Positions 54,861-64,000 of a DNA stretch of 64,000 bases are shown in pieces. The position numbers and the translations under genes are program-made. Source of the stretch: Gemmatimonadota bacterium. GTDB lineage: Bacteria > Gemmatimonadota > Gemmatimonadetes > Longimicrobiales > Gaopeijiaceae. The stretch covers positions 32,001-96,000 of the forward strand of contig JBDHHQ010000004.1 in assembly GCA_039589315.1 (NCBI GenBank). Reading direction: 5' to 3'. The notes below the pieces were generated by a model that did not search any database, had not been told where the DNA came from, and saw only the letters and a list, made by a program, of their open reading frames with translations. Each line of letters starts with the position of its first letter. Positions within the stretch are counted from its first letter, which is position 1.

Positions 54861-56834
54861 ATGATTCTCGGCTCGACCGCCCTCCGTCAAGGACCGCCAG
54901 ACGATCCGCGTACGCCGCGACGGGACGTGCGCGCCCGGCGGCTCCTCGGCACTGCCGTGATTCTGCTGCTCTTGCCTCTGGAGAACGCGGCTGCGCAGAG
55001 CCGGGCCGTGACGCTGGAGGCGATGGTCTCCGACGTCCGCGTGGCGTCGCCGGCCGTGTCACCCGACGGACAGACCATCCTGATCGTCTCCGACCGGTCC
55101 GGGCGCGCAAAGGTCTGGGCCATGGACCGGGCCGGGGGCGACGCGCGATTGCTGGTGGACGACGAAGGAGCGGAATCCGGTCCCGCCTGGTCGGCTGACG
55201 GAAGGTCGATCGCTTTCGTCCGATTCGTGGATGGTGCCAGCGACATCTGGATCGTTGCCCCCGACGGCACGGGGCTCAGGCGGGTCACGTCCGACCCCGA
55301 CGACGAACGCGGCCTCGCGTGGTCTCCAGACGGCCGCCGCATCGCCTTCCTTTCGGCCCGCTCGGGGCATCAAGACGTCTACGTGGTCGACGTGTCCTCC
55401 GGCGAGCCCACCCGCCTCACCGAGGGCGCCATGCCGTGGGACGAGCCTCGGTTCGGTGTCGCATGGTCGCCGGACGGCACTCGGCTGGCGTACGTCTCCA
55501 ACGAAAGCGACGAGTGGGCCGACGACGTCTGGTGGGTCGACGTGAACACGCGGGCCAGGGAGAAGCTCACGTCCGGTCTGCACGTGATGACCTCTCCCGT
55601 CTGGTCTCCCGACGGCCAGAGTATCGCCTTCAACGCCGTCCGGACGGAGGAGTTCTGGTACGGCGATCTGTCCGACATCTATCTGCTGGACGCGGCATCC
55701 GGAACCACGCGGAAGGTCTCCATGAACACGCACGTCTCCGACGGAAACGGGGGCGTCCGGCTCGCGTGGCACCCGGACGGACAGACGATCTACTTCCGCT
55801 ACCTGTGGCAGGGAGACGCCAACCTCTGGGCGGTGGACACCGCCGGTGGGGTGGCCACGCAGATGACGTACGAGCGCGGCAGCTTTCGGAACTTCTCGGT
55901 GGCGGGCGACGGCTCGAGCGTCGTCTACGTCCGCTCCACACCCACCCGGGGCGGCGAGCTGCACCGTCTGGACCTGGAGGGAGGGGTGCCGGTCCGGCTC
56001 ACGGACTGGACCACCCAACGGAGCGACCTCGAGGCGCCGGAGCGGCTGGCTTTCCGGAGCACCGATGGCAAGTACGTGCTGGGATACCTGTTCCGCCCAC
56101 CGGCCTTCGACCCGTCGAGCAGTTACCCGGCTCTCGTGCAGGTTCACGGCGGAGGCAACAACGCGTACGGCAATGGATTCCACCCGTTGGAGCACCTTCT
56201 GGCCAACGAGGGCTTCGTAGTGTTGGCCATCGAATACCGGGGCAGCGCCGGACATGGTCGGGAGTTCCAGGACCTGGCGCTGGGAGACTGGGCGGCAGGC
56301 CAGGGCTGGGACGCCGTGGCCGCGGCCCGGTGGCTCGAGGGGCAACCGTGGTCCAACGGCAAGGTCGGGATCTATGGGGGCAGCTACGGCGGAATCATGA
56401 CCCTGGCCGCCCTGACTCGGGATTCGCAGCCCTTCGACGCGGCGGCCCCGTTCCGGGGGATCTACGACTGGGAGGATGCGTTCGAGCACGGCGACCGTCT
56501 CATGCGGTTCTGGATCATCGAGGGGCACTTCGGCTTCAGGCCAGGCGAGCGCCCCGAGCTGTTCGAGCACACGGCGTCGATTCGGCACCTCGACGAGATC
56601 CGCACGGACCTGCCCTTCCTGATCGCGCACGGCGAGCGGGACCGTCGGGCTCCCTACCAGCAGTCGGTTCGTCTCGTCGAAGCCCTTAGAGCGCGAGGCA
56701 ACCCGGTGGAGTTCCGCTCGTACCCGAACGACGGCCACGGGCTCAGCCGCGAGAGCCGTCGGGACGCCTGGGGCCGGATTCTGGAGTTCTTCCACGAGAC
56801 CTTGGACCAGGCCGACCCGATGACTTCGCCATGA
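54861..56834 (+). CDS. Secreted S9 family peptidase with PD40/TolB-like beta-propeller
   Basis: Repeated P/A-x-WSPDG propeller blades, VQVHGG, YRGSAGHG, nucleophile GGSYGG, HGERDRR and DGHG. AAAGGAG RBS before ATG 54861; GTG near 54927 is an alternative start. Confidence 0.92.
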   Translation: MILGSTALRQGPPDDPRTPRRDVRARRLLGTAVILLLLPLENAAAQSRAVTLEAMVSDVRVASPAVSPDGQTILIVSDRSGRAKVWAMDRAGGDARLLVDDEGAESGPAWSADGRSIAFVRFVDGASDIWIVAPDGTGLRRVTSDPDDERGLAWSPDGRRIAFLSARSGHQDVYVVDVSSGEPTRLTEGAMPWDEPRFGVAWSPDGTRLAYVSNESDEWADDVWWVDVNTRAREKLTSGLHVMTSPVWSPDGQSIAFNAVRTEEFWYGDLSDIYLLDAASGTTRKVSMNTHVSDGNGGVRLAWHPDGQTIYFRYLWQGDANLWAVDTAGGVATQMTYERGSFRNFSVAGDGSSVVYVRSTPTRGGELHRLDLEGGVPVRLTDWTTQRSDLEAPERLAFRSTDGKYVLGYLFRPPAFDPSSSYPALVQVHGGGNNAYGNGFHPLEHLLANEGFVVLAIEYRGSAGHGREFQDLALGDWAAGQGWDAVAAARWLEGQPWSNGKVGIYGGSYGGIMTLAALTRDSQPFDAAAPFRGIYDWEDAFEHGDRLMRFWIIEGHFGFRPGERPELFEHTASIRHLDEIRTDLPFLIAHGERDRRAPYQQSVRLVEALRARGNPVEFRSYPNDGHGLSRESRRDAWGRILEFFHETLDQADPMTSP

Positions 56835-57409
56835 CGGAAAGCGATCGCCGTACGTTTCTGAAGCAGTCGGCCACCGCCGTGGCGGCGCTGGCCGTAACCC
56901 GGTGCCTCCCCGGGGAAGCTGGTCGGGCGTTGGACGACAGTACGTTGCACGCCGTGGCGGAGGCGGTGCTCCCGTCGGAGCTCGGGCCCGACCGTACCTC
57001 GCGCGTGGTGGCGGAGTTCGGCAGGTGGCTCAGCGAGTTCGAGCCCGAAGCCGAGCTCGATCATGGCTACATCTCCTCGGAAATCACCTACGCGCCACCC
57101 GATCCCACGCCGCTCTGGGCCGACCAGCTCGGCGCGCTCGAGCGGGCGGCGCAGGGCGAGCACGGCGCGCCCTTCAGCGAGCTCGAGGTCTCCGCGCGCC
57201 AGGCGATCCTGCGGCAACGCATCGCGGGAGAGCAGCCGGCGACGCTCGGCCCGGCGATCCAAGCGGACCACGTCGCAGTGGCGGTAATGGCGTTCTTCTA
57301 CGCGACTCCGGAGGCCGTCGACGTCTGCTACCGGGCCGGCATCGGCGAGCGAACTTGCCGTCCGCTCGACGCGGCCACCGAGGCTCCAGCTCCCGGGCAG
57401 GGCGTGTAG
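56831..57409 (+). CDS. Tat-signal small subunit of a flavoprotein dehydrogenase (gluconate 2-dehydrogenase subunit 3-like)
   Basis: DRRTFLK twin-arginine motif, LHAVAEAVLP, PFSELEVSARQAIL and AFFYATPE. Coupled to the GMC gene. Confidence 0.7.
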   Translation: MTESDRRTFLKQSATAVAALAVTRCLPGEAGRALDDSTLHAVAEAVLPSELGPDRTSRVVAEFGRWLSEFEPEAELDHGYISSEITYAPPDPTPLWADQLGALERAAQGEHGAPFSELEVSARQAILRQRIAGEQPATLGPAIQADHVAVAVMAFFYATPEAVDVCYRAGIGERTCRPLDAATEAPAPGQGV

Positions 57410-59013
57410 TGGCCATCGCCAGGGTCGTGGAGAGCGACGTCTGTGTCATCGGCGCGGGCATCACGGCGGCCATGGTGGCCGAGAAGCTGGCCGACGAGCG
57501 AGACGCCCGGATCGTTGTCGTGGAAGCGGGTGGCTGGACGACGCCGTTGGGCCAAAGACAAGCGCGGCGGCAGCGCTTCCTCGCATACGGCGAGAACCCG
57601 TGGACCGACGATCACCTGCCCGGCCAGAGCGCCCGGGGCATCATCTCGCGGTCCATGGTCGTGGGCGGTTGGTCCATGCATTGGGGGGGCGCCAGCCCTC
57701 GCTACACGTCCGAGGACTTCGGCATACGGTCGCTCTACGGCGTGGGAGACGACTGGCCCATCAGCTACGAGGAGCTCGAGCCCTATTACCAGGACGCCGA
57801 AGAGCGTATCGGCATCGCCGGGGAGCCGGGCCCCCCGGAGCTCGACGTGCGATCGAAGCCGTACCCCATGCCGCCTCTGCCCATGTCGTACAACCTCCAG
57901 CGACTCAAGGAATGGGGCGAGAGCACCGGTGTGCCCTTCTGGACCGCGCCGGCGGCCAAAACAACGGTGCCGTATCGCGGACGGCAGGTCTGTGCCCGTT
58001 GCGATACCTGCCATATCTGTCCCACAGGCGCCAAGTATACGCCGGACTTCACGTTCCAGCGTTTGATCGAGACGGGCCGGATCGAGCTTCTCCCCCGGAC
58101 GCTGGTCCGCCGTCTGGAGCTCGAGGACGGCTCGACGAGGATCGATCGCGCCGTGGCATTGGACCGGGACCGACCCGACGAGCCGGTGGAGCTCCGGGCG
58201 CGGACGTTCGTCCTCGCCTGCGGCTACATGTGGATCCCGCACCTGCTGCTGCTTTCGGCCAACTCGCGCTACCCAGCTGGCCTCGCCAACAGCTCCGGAC
58301 TCGTGGGGAAGTACATGAACGGACACCGGGCGCTGGAGGGCTACATCGAGCTGCCCATGCGACTCTACCCGGGGATCTTCAGGACCCAAAGCCTGATCAC
58401 CCGCGAGTACGAGCGCACGCGCTCCATGGACCGCTACGTGCGGCACGACCTGCGCATCTCGGCGTCGAGTGACGGCAGGGAGCCGAGGGTGCGGAACGCC
58501 GCCGGAGAGATGTTGCTCGGGGACGAGGTCATGGACGACTGGCGGGCGCGCACGCAGGATCGCGCCACGGCCTACGTTCGTGCGATCTACGACGTCCTGC
58601 CCGATCGCGACAGCGCCGTGACGCTGGAAGCCTCGCGTGAGAACCGGTGGGGGGATCCCCTGCCCAGGATCGACTTCAGGGACAGCGTGGAATCGACGGC
58701 CGTTCGCGACCACACCGAGCAACGGATCCGCGCGCTGTTCGAGGAGATGGCCCGTGCCGGTGACGGGCGCGTTCTGCGGACCGGTCTCATTCCGGGCCAG
58801 CACCATCCGGGCGGCGGCTGTCGCATGGGCACCGATGCGGGCACCAGCGTTACCGATTCCTACGGTCGCACCCACGATCACGAGAACCTCTTCGTCGTGG
58901 GAGGCGCCACGGCCGTCACCTCGGGCTGCACCAACAGCACGCTCACCTTCGCCGCTCTGTCGCTGCGATCGGCGGAGGAGATCGCCCGCGAACTCCCGGC
59001 TCGGACAGGATAG
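57409..59013 (+). CDS. GMC family FAD oxidoreductase (large subunit)
   Basis: DVCVIGAG, VVVEAG, VGGWSMHWGG, DWPISYEELEPYY, CARCDTCHICPTGAK, LANSSGLVGKY, HPGGGCRMG and NSTLT. Confidence 0.92.
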   Translation: MAIARVVESDVCVIGAGITAAMVAEKLADERDARIVVVEAGGWTTPLGQRQARRQRFLAYGENPWTDDHLPGQSARGIISRSMVVGGWSMHWGGASPRYTSEDFGIRSLYGVGDDWPISYEELEPYYQDAEERIGIAGEPGPPELDVRSKPYPMPPLPMSYNLQRLKEWGESTGVPFWTAPAAKTTVPYRGRQVCARCDTCHICPTGAKYTPDFTFQRLIETGRIELLPRTLVRRLELEDGSTRIDRAVALDRDRPDEPVELRARTFVLACGYMWIPHLLLLSANSRYPAGLANSSGLVGKYMNGHRALEGYIELPMRLYPGIFRTQSLITREYERTRSMDRYVRHDLRISASSDGREPRVRNAAGEMLLGDEVMDDWRARTQDRATAYVRAIYDVLPDRDSAVTLEASRENRWGDPLPRIDFRDSVESTAVRDHTEQRIRALFEEMARAGDGRVLRTGLIPGQHHPGGGCRMGTDAGTSVTDSYGRTHDHENLFVVGGATAVTSGCTNSTLTFAALSLRSAEEIARELPARTG

Positions 59014-59022
59014 GCGCGCAGG

Positions 59023-61254
59023 ATGTTCCGCGTGGCCCTGCTGGGCACCGGACTGGCGTTGTGGCTGGGGAGCGTTCCCGACGCCGCAGCGCAGGACAGA
59101 CCTACGCCTCCGCTCCCCATTGCACGCTTGTCCGGGCCCGTCGACCTGGACGGGCGAATCGACGAGCCCGCTTGGGAAGGCGTCACGCCCCTGCCCATGG
59201 TCCAGTACCTGCCGACCTTCGGCGAGACGCCGACCGAGAGATCGGAAGTCCTGGTCGCGTACGACAGCGACTTCGTGTACCTGGCCGCGCGCCTTTATGA
59301 CTCGGATCCCGCCGGCATCCTGCCCGGCGCCTTCCAGCGAGACCGGCTCGGGCTCGCCAACGACTGGATCGGACTCTCCCTGGACACGTTCAACGACAAC
59401 GAGAATATGCTGCTCTTCGCGACTTCCCCCTCGGGAATCCGCACGGACGTGGCGTTCTCGAACGACACGGAGGGACCGTTTCCGCTCAACAGCAGTTGGA
59501 ACACGTTCTGGGACGTGGCCACGAGTCGCACGGAGGACGGATGGTTCGCGGAGCTTCGCATTCCTTTCTCGAGCCTGCGCTTTCAGGACGACGGCGGCGA
59601 GGTCGTGATGGGCATGACCGTCTGGCGTTGGATCGCGCGCAAACAGGAGGCCTCGCTGTTTCCCGCCATCCCCCCCCGGTGGCGGTGGGCCCACTACAAG
59701 CCTTCACAAGCCAGGGACGTCACGTTCCGGGGCGTGCAACGGAAGAAACCCGTCCACGTGTCCCCCTACGCCCTGCTGGGGATGCAGGAGGGCAAGCTCG
59801 GAGTGATCGACAGCGACGGTACGCCAGCATTCAGAGACTTCCGTGAGCCGGTGACCGAGGCCGGGCTGGATTTGAAGTACGGCGTGACCGACAACCTGAC
59901 CTTCGACCTGACGATCAACACCGATTTCGCACAGGTCGAGGCCGACGACCAGCGCGTGAACTTCAACCGGTTCTCGCTGTTCTTCCCCGAGAAGCGGCTG
60001 TTCTTCCAGGAGCGGGCGAGCGCGTTCGAATTCAACACCGGAGGCCCGGACCGGGTGTTTCACAGCCGCCGGATCGGTCTCGCGAATGGCCTACCGGTTC
60101 GCATATACGGCGGCGCCCGCCTCGTCGGTCGGACGGGGGGCTGGGAGCTGGGAATGCTGAACATGCAGACGGCACCCACCGACCTGCAGCGGTCAGAGAA
60201 CATGGGCGTTTACCGGTTGCGCCGGTATTTCCTCAACGAGAACACCTACGCCGGCGGCATCGTCACGAGCCGGATCGATTCCCACGGGAACTACAACGCC
60301 TCCGTGGGATTGGACGCGTTGCTCCGTGTCGCCAGCGACGACTACCTGGCAGTGAACTGGGTGCAGACGTTCGACAGCGACCGGCCGACCGGGCTCGCGC
60401 CCGCGGATGGCGCTCTGGCCCGCCTGCAATGGGAACGCCGCGGCATCGAGGGCCTCCTCTACAACGTGGACCTCAGCCGGATCGGTGGCGTTTACAATCC
60501 GGGCCTCGGCTTCGTTCGTCGGGTCAACGTAATCCGCATCGGCGACCGCATCGCCTACGCCTGGAGGCCCGGAGAGTCCTCGCCGGTGTTGAGGCATACC
60601 GCGGGGGTTTCCGGCAGCGTGCACCTCCGCAACAACGACGGCTCCCTGGAGTCGGCCGAGGTGGGACCCGAGTGGGAGACCACGACCAAGTCCGGCTACG
60701 TCGTCGGCTTGAGGCCCCGCCTGTTCGAGGAGGACTTGCTTCGGCCCTTCACCGTCGCCCCCGAAGTCGTCGTCCCGGACGGACGATACACGTTCGGCAA
60801 CGTATCGGCCGAGTTCCGGACCCCGTCCGGCAGGCCTCGCCGAATCACGGTGGGACTCGGCGCAGGCTCGTATTTCGACGGCACCCGGGCGTCCTTCTTC
60901 GTACGGCCCTTCCTGGACGTGTCGAGGCACCTCGAGCTGAGCCTCGACTACGAGCTCGACCGCATCCGCTTCGATGACCGGGCCCAGGCACTCGACGCCC
61001 ACATCGCCCGCTTTCGGACCCGCGTCTACCTGAGCACGGCGCTGTCGGGCTCGGCTTTCGTCCAGTACAACAGCGCGTTCGACGCGTTCGTCACGAACCT
61101 TCGTATCCGTTTCAATCCCCGGGAGGGGCAGGACCTCTACCTCGTGTGGAACGAGGAGACCAACACGGGCGCCTTTCCGCCCGTCCCAGGAGGCTTCCCT
61201 GGTGGCCGCACGCTCGTCATCAAGTACCGGCACACGCTCCCGTTGGAGTTCTGA
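59023..61254 (+). CDS. DUF5916 / CBM9-like N-domain outer-membrane protein
   Basis: Signal peptide, LDGRIDEPAW, GWFAELRIPFSSLRF, TINTDFAQVEAD, RFSLFFPEKRLFF and FHSRRIGL. Terminal Phe. Confidence 0.87.
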   Translation: MFRVALLGTGLALWLGSVPDAAAQDRPTPPLPIARLSGPVDLDGRIDEPAWEGVTPLPMVQYLPTFGETPTERSEVLVAYDSDFVYLAARLYDSDPAGILPGAFQRDRLGLANDWIGLSLDTFNDNENMLLFATSPSGIRTDVAFSNDTEGPFPLNSSWNTFWDVATSRTEDGWFAELRIPFSSLRFQDDGGEVVMGMTVWRWIARKQEASLFPAIPPRWRWAHYKPSQARDVTFRGVQRKKPVHVSPYALLGMQEGKLGVIDSDGTPAFRDFREPVTEAGLDLKYGVTDNLTFDLTINTDFAQVEADDQRVNFNRFSLFFPEKRLFFQERASAFEFNTGGPDRVFHSRRIGLANGLPVRIYGGARLVGRTGGWELGMLNMQTAPTDLQRSENMGVYRLRRYFLNENTYAGGIVTSRIDSHGNYNASVGLDALLRVASDDYLAVNWVQTFDSDRPTGLAPADGALARLQWERRGIEGLLYNVDLSRIGGVYNPGLGFVRRVNVIRIGDRIAYAWRPGESSPVLRHTAGVSGSVHLRNNDGSLESAEVGPEWETTTKSGYVVGLRPRLFEEDLLRPFTVAPEVVVPDGRYTFGNVSAEFRTPSGRPRRITVGLGAGSYFDGTRASFFVRPFLDVSRHLELSLDYELDRIRFDDRAQALDAHIARFRTRVYLSTALSGSAFVQYNSAFDAFVTNLRIRFNPREGQDLYLVWNEETNTGAFPPVPGGFPGGRTLVIKYRHTLPLEF

Positions 61255-63521
61255 TGCGGGCCGGGGTATGGCCAGCGCGGACGCTCGCCCTCGCAGCCCT
61301 TACCGGGCTCTTCTTCGTGGCCGCCTGGCCGGCGTCCGCGCAGGAGGCGGACGTTCCGGGCGCTGGAGATGCGACCCTCGGCGAGCGGAGCTACCCGATC
61401 GATCCGCTAACAGCGCCGCGACCATCCATGAAGGCGGTCCGCACGGACGAGCCCATCGTGATCGACGGCCGGCTCGACGAGCCGGCATGGGCCCTGGCCG
61501 ACGTCGCCGCGGATTTCGTGCAGAACCAGCCTCAGCCCGGTCACGCGGCCAGCGAGCGGACCGAGGTGCGGGTGCTCTACGACTCCGAGAGTCTCTACAT
61601 CAGCGCCGTCTGCCACGATTCGGAGATGGACAAGGTCCTGATCCCGGGGCTGGAGCGGGAGTTCGACCCCCGAGGAGGCGACGTGTTCGCCTTGGCCATC
61701 GACCCCTTCCACGACGAACGCAACTCCTTCGTCTTCATCAGCCACCCGAGGGGCGCCGAGCGCGACGAGCAGACCTTCGACAACAGCCGGCAGATCATCG
61801 TGGCGTGGGAGGGGGTCTGGGACGCCGAGGCCACGATGAGCGACTCGGCATGGATCGTGGAGATGGAGATCCCCTTCGCGACAGTGCGCTTCAAACCCGC
61901 GGAAGGGCCGCAGGACTGGGGCATCAACTTCGCCCGCATCATCCGCCGCCACAACGAGTGGGACTACTGGGCACCCCTCGCGCGGCACGAGATCCTGCAT
62001 CAGATGGTGCGGGCCGGCGACCTGACGGGCTTCCAGGGAATCGAGGCGGGAAGGAACCTCCAGGTGAAGCCCTACGGCTTGGGTGGGCATTCCACAGGCC
62101 TACAAGTACCCGACGACGACCAGGGTTCCCGCTTGACCGGCGGGTTGGATTTGAAGTACGGGCTGACTCCTGGTCTGACCATGGACCTGACGGTCAACAC
62201 CGACTTCGCTCAGGTGGAGCTGGACGAAGAGCAGGTCAACCTGACCCGTTTCTCCCTGTTCTTCCCCGAGCGGCGCGGCTTCTTCATCGAGAACCAGGGC
62301 ACCTTCAGCTTCGGCGACGTTACGGAGCGTGGGTACCGCATGGGCGCGAACCTACGGGACTTCTCGCTGTTCCACTCGAGGCGCATCGGGCTCACGCCCG
62401 ACGGCCGGAGCATTCCCATCTACGGGGGCGGCCGGGTCAGCGGCCGGGTGGGTCGCTTCAACGTGGGATTCCTCACCATGCAGACCCAGGGCCTGGACAG
62501 CCTGCCGTCCGAGAACTTCGTCGTGGCCCGGGTCAAGCGGGACGTCCTGGGGAACTCGGACGTGGGCGTCATGTTCATCAACCGCCAGGCCACCAGTGGG
62601 CAGCTCCGGCCGTACAACCAGAGCTTCGGGGCAGACGCGAACATCAGGCCGATCGATCACCTCGTCTTCAACACCTACTTGGCGGGCACGCGTGGACCGG
62701 GCGAGGCCTCGGACGGGACCGCGGCCAAGTTCGGCGCGGCCTGGCGAGACAACTTCTGGAACACGTCGTTCTTCGTGAAACAGGTGGACGGTGAGTTCAA
62801 CCCGGCCGTGGGGTTCATCCGGCGCCGCGACATGCGGCACTTCTACGCCACGTTGGGCGTCCATCCCCAGCCGGGGACTCGGTCGATCCAGGAGATCAAC
62901 CCCTTCTTGGAAGCAGACTACATCACGAATCTCGCCTCTGTCCTCGAGACGCGACGCATCACCGGGGGCCTGACGTTCACCCTCGGCAGCAGCGCGGCGA
63001 TCACCGGCCAGGTAAACGACGTCTTCGAGCGGCTCGACGAGCCATTCCTGATCCCGGGCGGTGCAGTGATTCAGCCCGGGAATTATTCGTTCCGCGAGGC
63101 GGTGTTCTCCTACACCTCCTCCGGCAACGGCAACCTGAAGGGGAACGCCAGCGTGACCTTGGGGGGCTTCTGGGACGGAACGCGCAGAGCCCTCCAGGTG
63201 GGAGCGGCCTGGAGGCCCCGCTACGACCTCTACCTGGACCTTTCCCTGGAGCGAAACGACGTCGACCTTCCCGACGCCGCCTTCACGGCGGACGTCGCCG
63301 GGCTCAAGATCCAATACGCGTTCAACACCAGTCTCTTCTGGAGCGCGTTCGTCCAGTACAACACCCAGAGCGACCAGCTCGTCACCAACCTGCGAGGGCA
63401 GTTCCGCTATGCGCCCCTGAGCGACTTCTACGTCGTGTTCACGGAGCGTCGCGACACGCGTCGGAACCTCACGTTGGACCGGTCCATTGCGCTCAAGGCG
63501 ACGAAGATGTTCGCGTTCTAG
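61254..63521 (+). CDS. DUF5916 / CBM9-like N-domain outer-membrane protein
   Basis: TGATG-coupled. IDGRLDEPAW, WIVEMEIPF, TVNTDFAQVELD, NLTRFSLFFPERR and FHSRRIGL. Ends KMFAF. Confidence 0.87.
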   Translation: MRAGVWPARTLALAALTGLFFVAAWPASAQEADVPGAGDATLGERSYPIDPLTAPRPSMKAVRTDEPIVIDGRLDEPAWALADVAADFVQNQPQPGHAASERTEVRVLYDSESLYISAVCHDSEMDKVLIPGLEREFDPRGGDVFALAIDPFHDERNSFVFISHPRGAERDEQTFDNSRQIIVAWEGVWDAEATMSDSAWIVEMEIPFATVRFKPAEGPQDWGINFARIIRRHNEWDYWAPLARHEILHQMVRAGDLTGFQGIEAGRNLQVKPYGLGGHSTGLQVPDDDQGSRLTGGLDLKYGLTPGLTMDLTVNTDFAQVELDEEQVNLTRFSLFFPERRGFFIENQGTFSFGDVTERGYRMGANLRDFSLFHSRRIGLTPDGRSIPIYGGGRVSGRVGRFNVGFLTMQTQGLDSLPSENFVVARVKRDVLGNSDVGVMFINRQATSGQLRPYNQSFGADANIRPIDHLVFNTYLAGTRGPGEASDGTAAKFGAAWRDNFWNTSFFVKQVDGEFNPAVGFIRRRDMRHFYATLGVHPQPGTRSIQEINPFLEADYITNLASVLETRRITGGLTFTLGSSAAITGQVNDVFERLDEPFLIPGGAVIQPGNYSFREAVFSYTSSGNGNLKGNASVTLGGFWDGTRRALQVGAAWRPRYDLYLDLSLERNDVDLPDAAFTADVAGLKIQYAFNTSLFWSAFVQYNTQSDQLVTNLRGQFRYAPLSDFYVVFTERRDTRRNLTLDRSIALKATKMFAF

Positions 63522-63524
63522 GGG

Positions 63525-64000
63525 TCAACCACTGGGCAGGGCGGAGGATGCGGCTGGGGAGGCGAGACCGGCGGCGGTCTCCTCCTCGTGACCCCAGGAG
63601 GGTGACGGTAGAGGCACGTCACGCGACAGGTCGAACTCCAGCCGGTGCCGCCATGCGCCCGCTCTCACGGTCCCGTACGTGAAGCGCTCGCCGGAGACGA
63701 CCTCGATGGCCCAACCCCCGACGACCCCTTCATCCGTCTCGCGAGGAAACTCCTGCCGCTCGGCAGTCCCGGGCGCCTGGGTCACGGCGCCGTACATCGT
63801 CGGGTCACCCGGGGATCCGTCTTCGTGGCGATGGTCGTGCCGCAGCTCGATGGCATCGGCGTGGCGTGTGAGAACCCATGTCCTCGAGCGGTCGTCCCCG
63901 ACGTTGAAGGAGATCCTGATGACGTCGTCTGAGCACTCCCGGACGTGCATTACGAGCTCCGCTCCGTCGAGCCAGTCGTCAGCCTCAGGGAACTCCTCGG
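63525..64000 (-). CDS. Conserved hypothetical protein (5'-partial) with HDHRHEDG motif
   Basis: MHVRECS...VGDDRSRTWVLT...LRHDHRHEDG...TMYG...FDLSR...PSWG. The frame stays open to the window edge. Confidence 0.7.
   Translation of the reverse strand, partial: EEFPEADDWLDGAELVMHVRECSDDVIRISFNVGDDRSRTWVLTRHADAIELRHDHRHEDGSPGDPTMYGAVTQAPGTAERQEFPRETDEGVVGGWAIEVVSGERFTYGTVRAGAWRHRLEFDLSRDVPLPSPSWGHEEETAAGLASPAASSALPSG

Noticed and set aside
58..63932. Many long ORFs antisense to or overlapping the called genes (e.g. 58-1545+, 3389-5461+, 11838-14087+, 55059-56795-, 57328-59694-)
   Set aside because: They are Arg/Pro/Gly-rich, have no motifs and lie opposite well-supported genes. These are shadow ORFs typical of high-GC DNA.
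1..64000. Mobile elements, prophage, defence systems, tRNA or rRNA
   Set aside because: No transposase, integrase, phage, nuclease or structural RNA signatures were recognised by eye. A covariance-model scan was not possible.

Overview
High-GC bacterial DNA with dense coding. The gene repertoire (SusC/SusD pair, PadR plus ADOP-type permease, VPS10/BNR protein, several DUF5916 barrels, a stand-alone plug-domain lipoprotein) suggests Gemmatimonadota, which is an inference only. I saw no rRNA, tRNA, CRISPR array, transposase or prophage. The left third (1-22.3 kb) is mixed: a partial ABC permease with PadR, a GltS symporter, a fused formiminotransferase-cyclodeaminase carrying an unexpected C2H2 zinc-finger-like insert, envelope proteins and a MoxR/DUF58/vWA/TPR (Bat-like) operon. 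The main feature is a ~32 kb locus (22.35-54.3 kb) built like a Bacteroidota polysaccharide-utilisation locus (GntR regulator, SusC, SusD) but with no recognisable CAZyme. Instead it encodes 7 signal-peptide amidohydrolases (6 from one subfamily), 3 Tat-signal NicX-like metalloproteins (two with His-x-His where NicX has His-x-Asp), 2 DUF917 lipoproteins, a SAM methyltransferase, a DUF5916 barrel and two lipocalin-like lipoproteins. A cytoplasmic ATP-dependent hydantoinase/oxoprolinase A/B pair lies convergent to the main operon. A shared operator-like motif follows the predicted -10 boxes of both susC and gntR. I read this as a candidate periplasmic utilisation locus for N-heterocycles or cyclic amides; the substrate is unknown. 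A divergent operon on the right encodes an S9 peptidase, a Tat small subunit plus GMC flavoprotein, and two DUF5916 barrels. All family calls come from motif recognition by eye; no database search was run.
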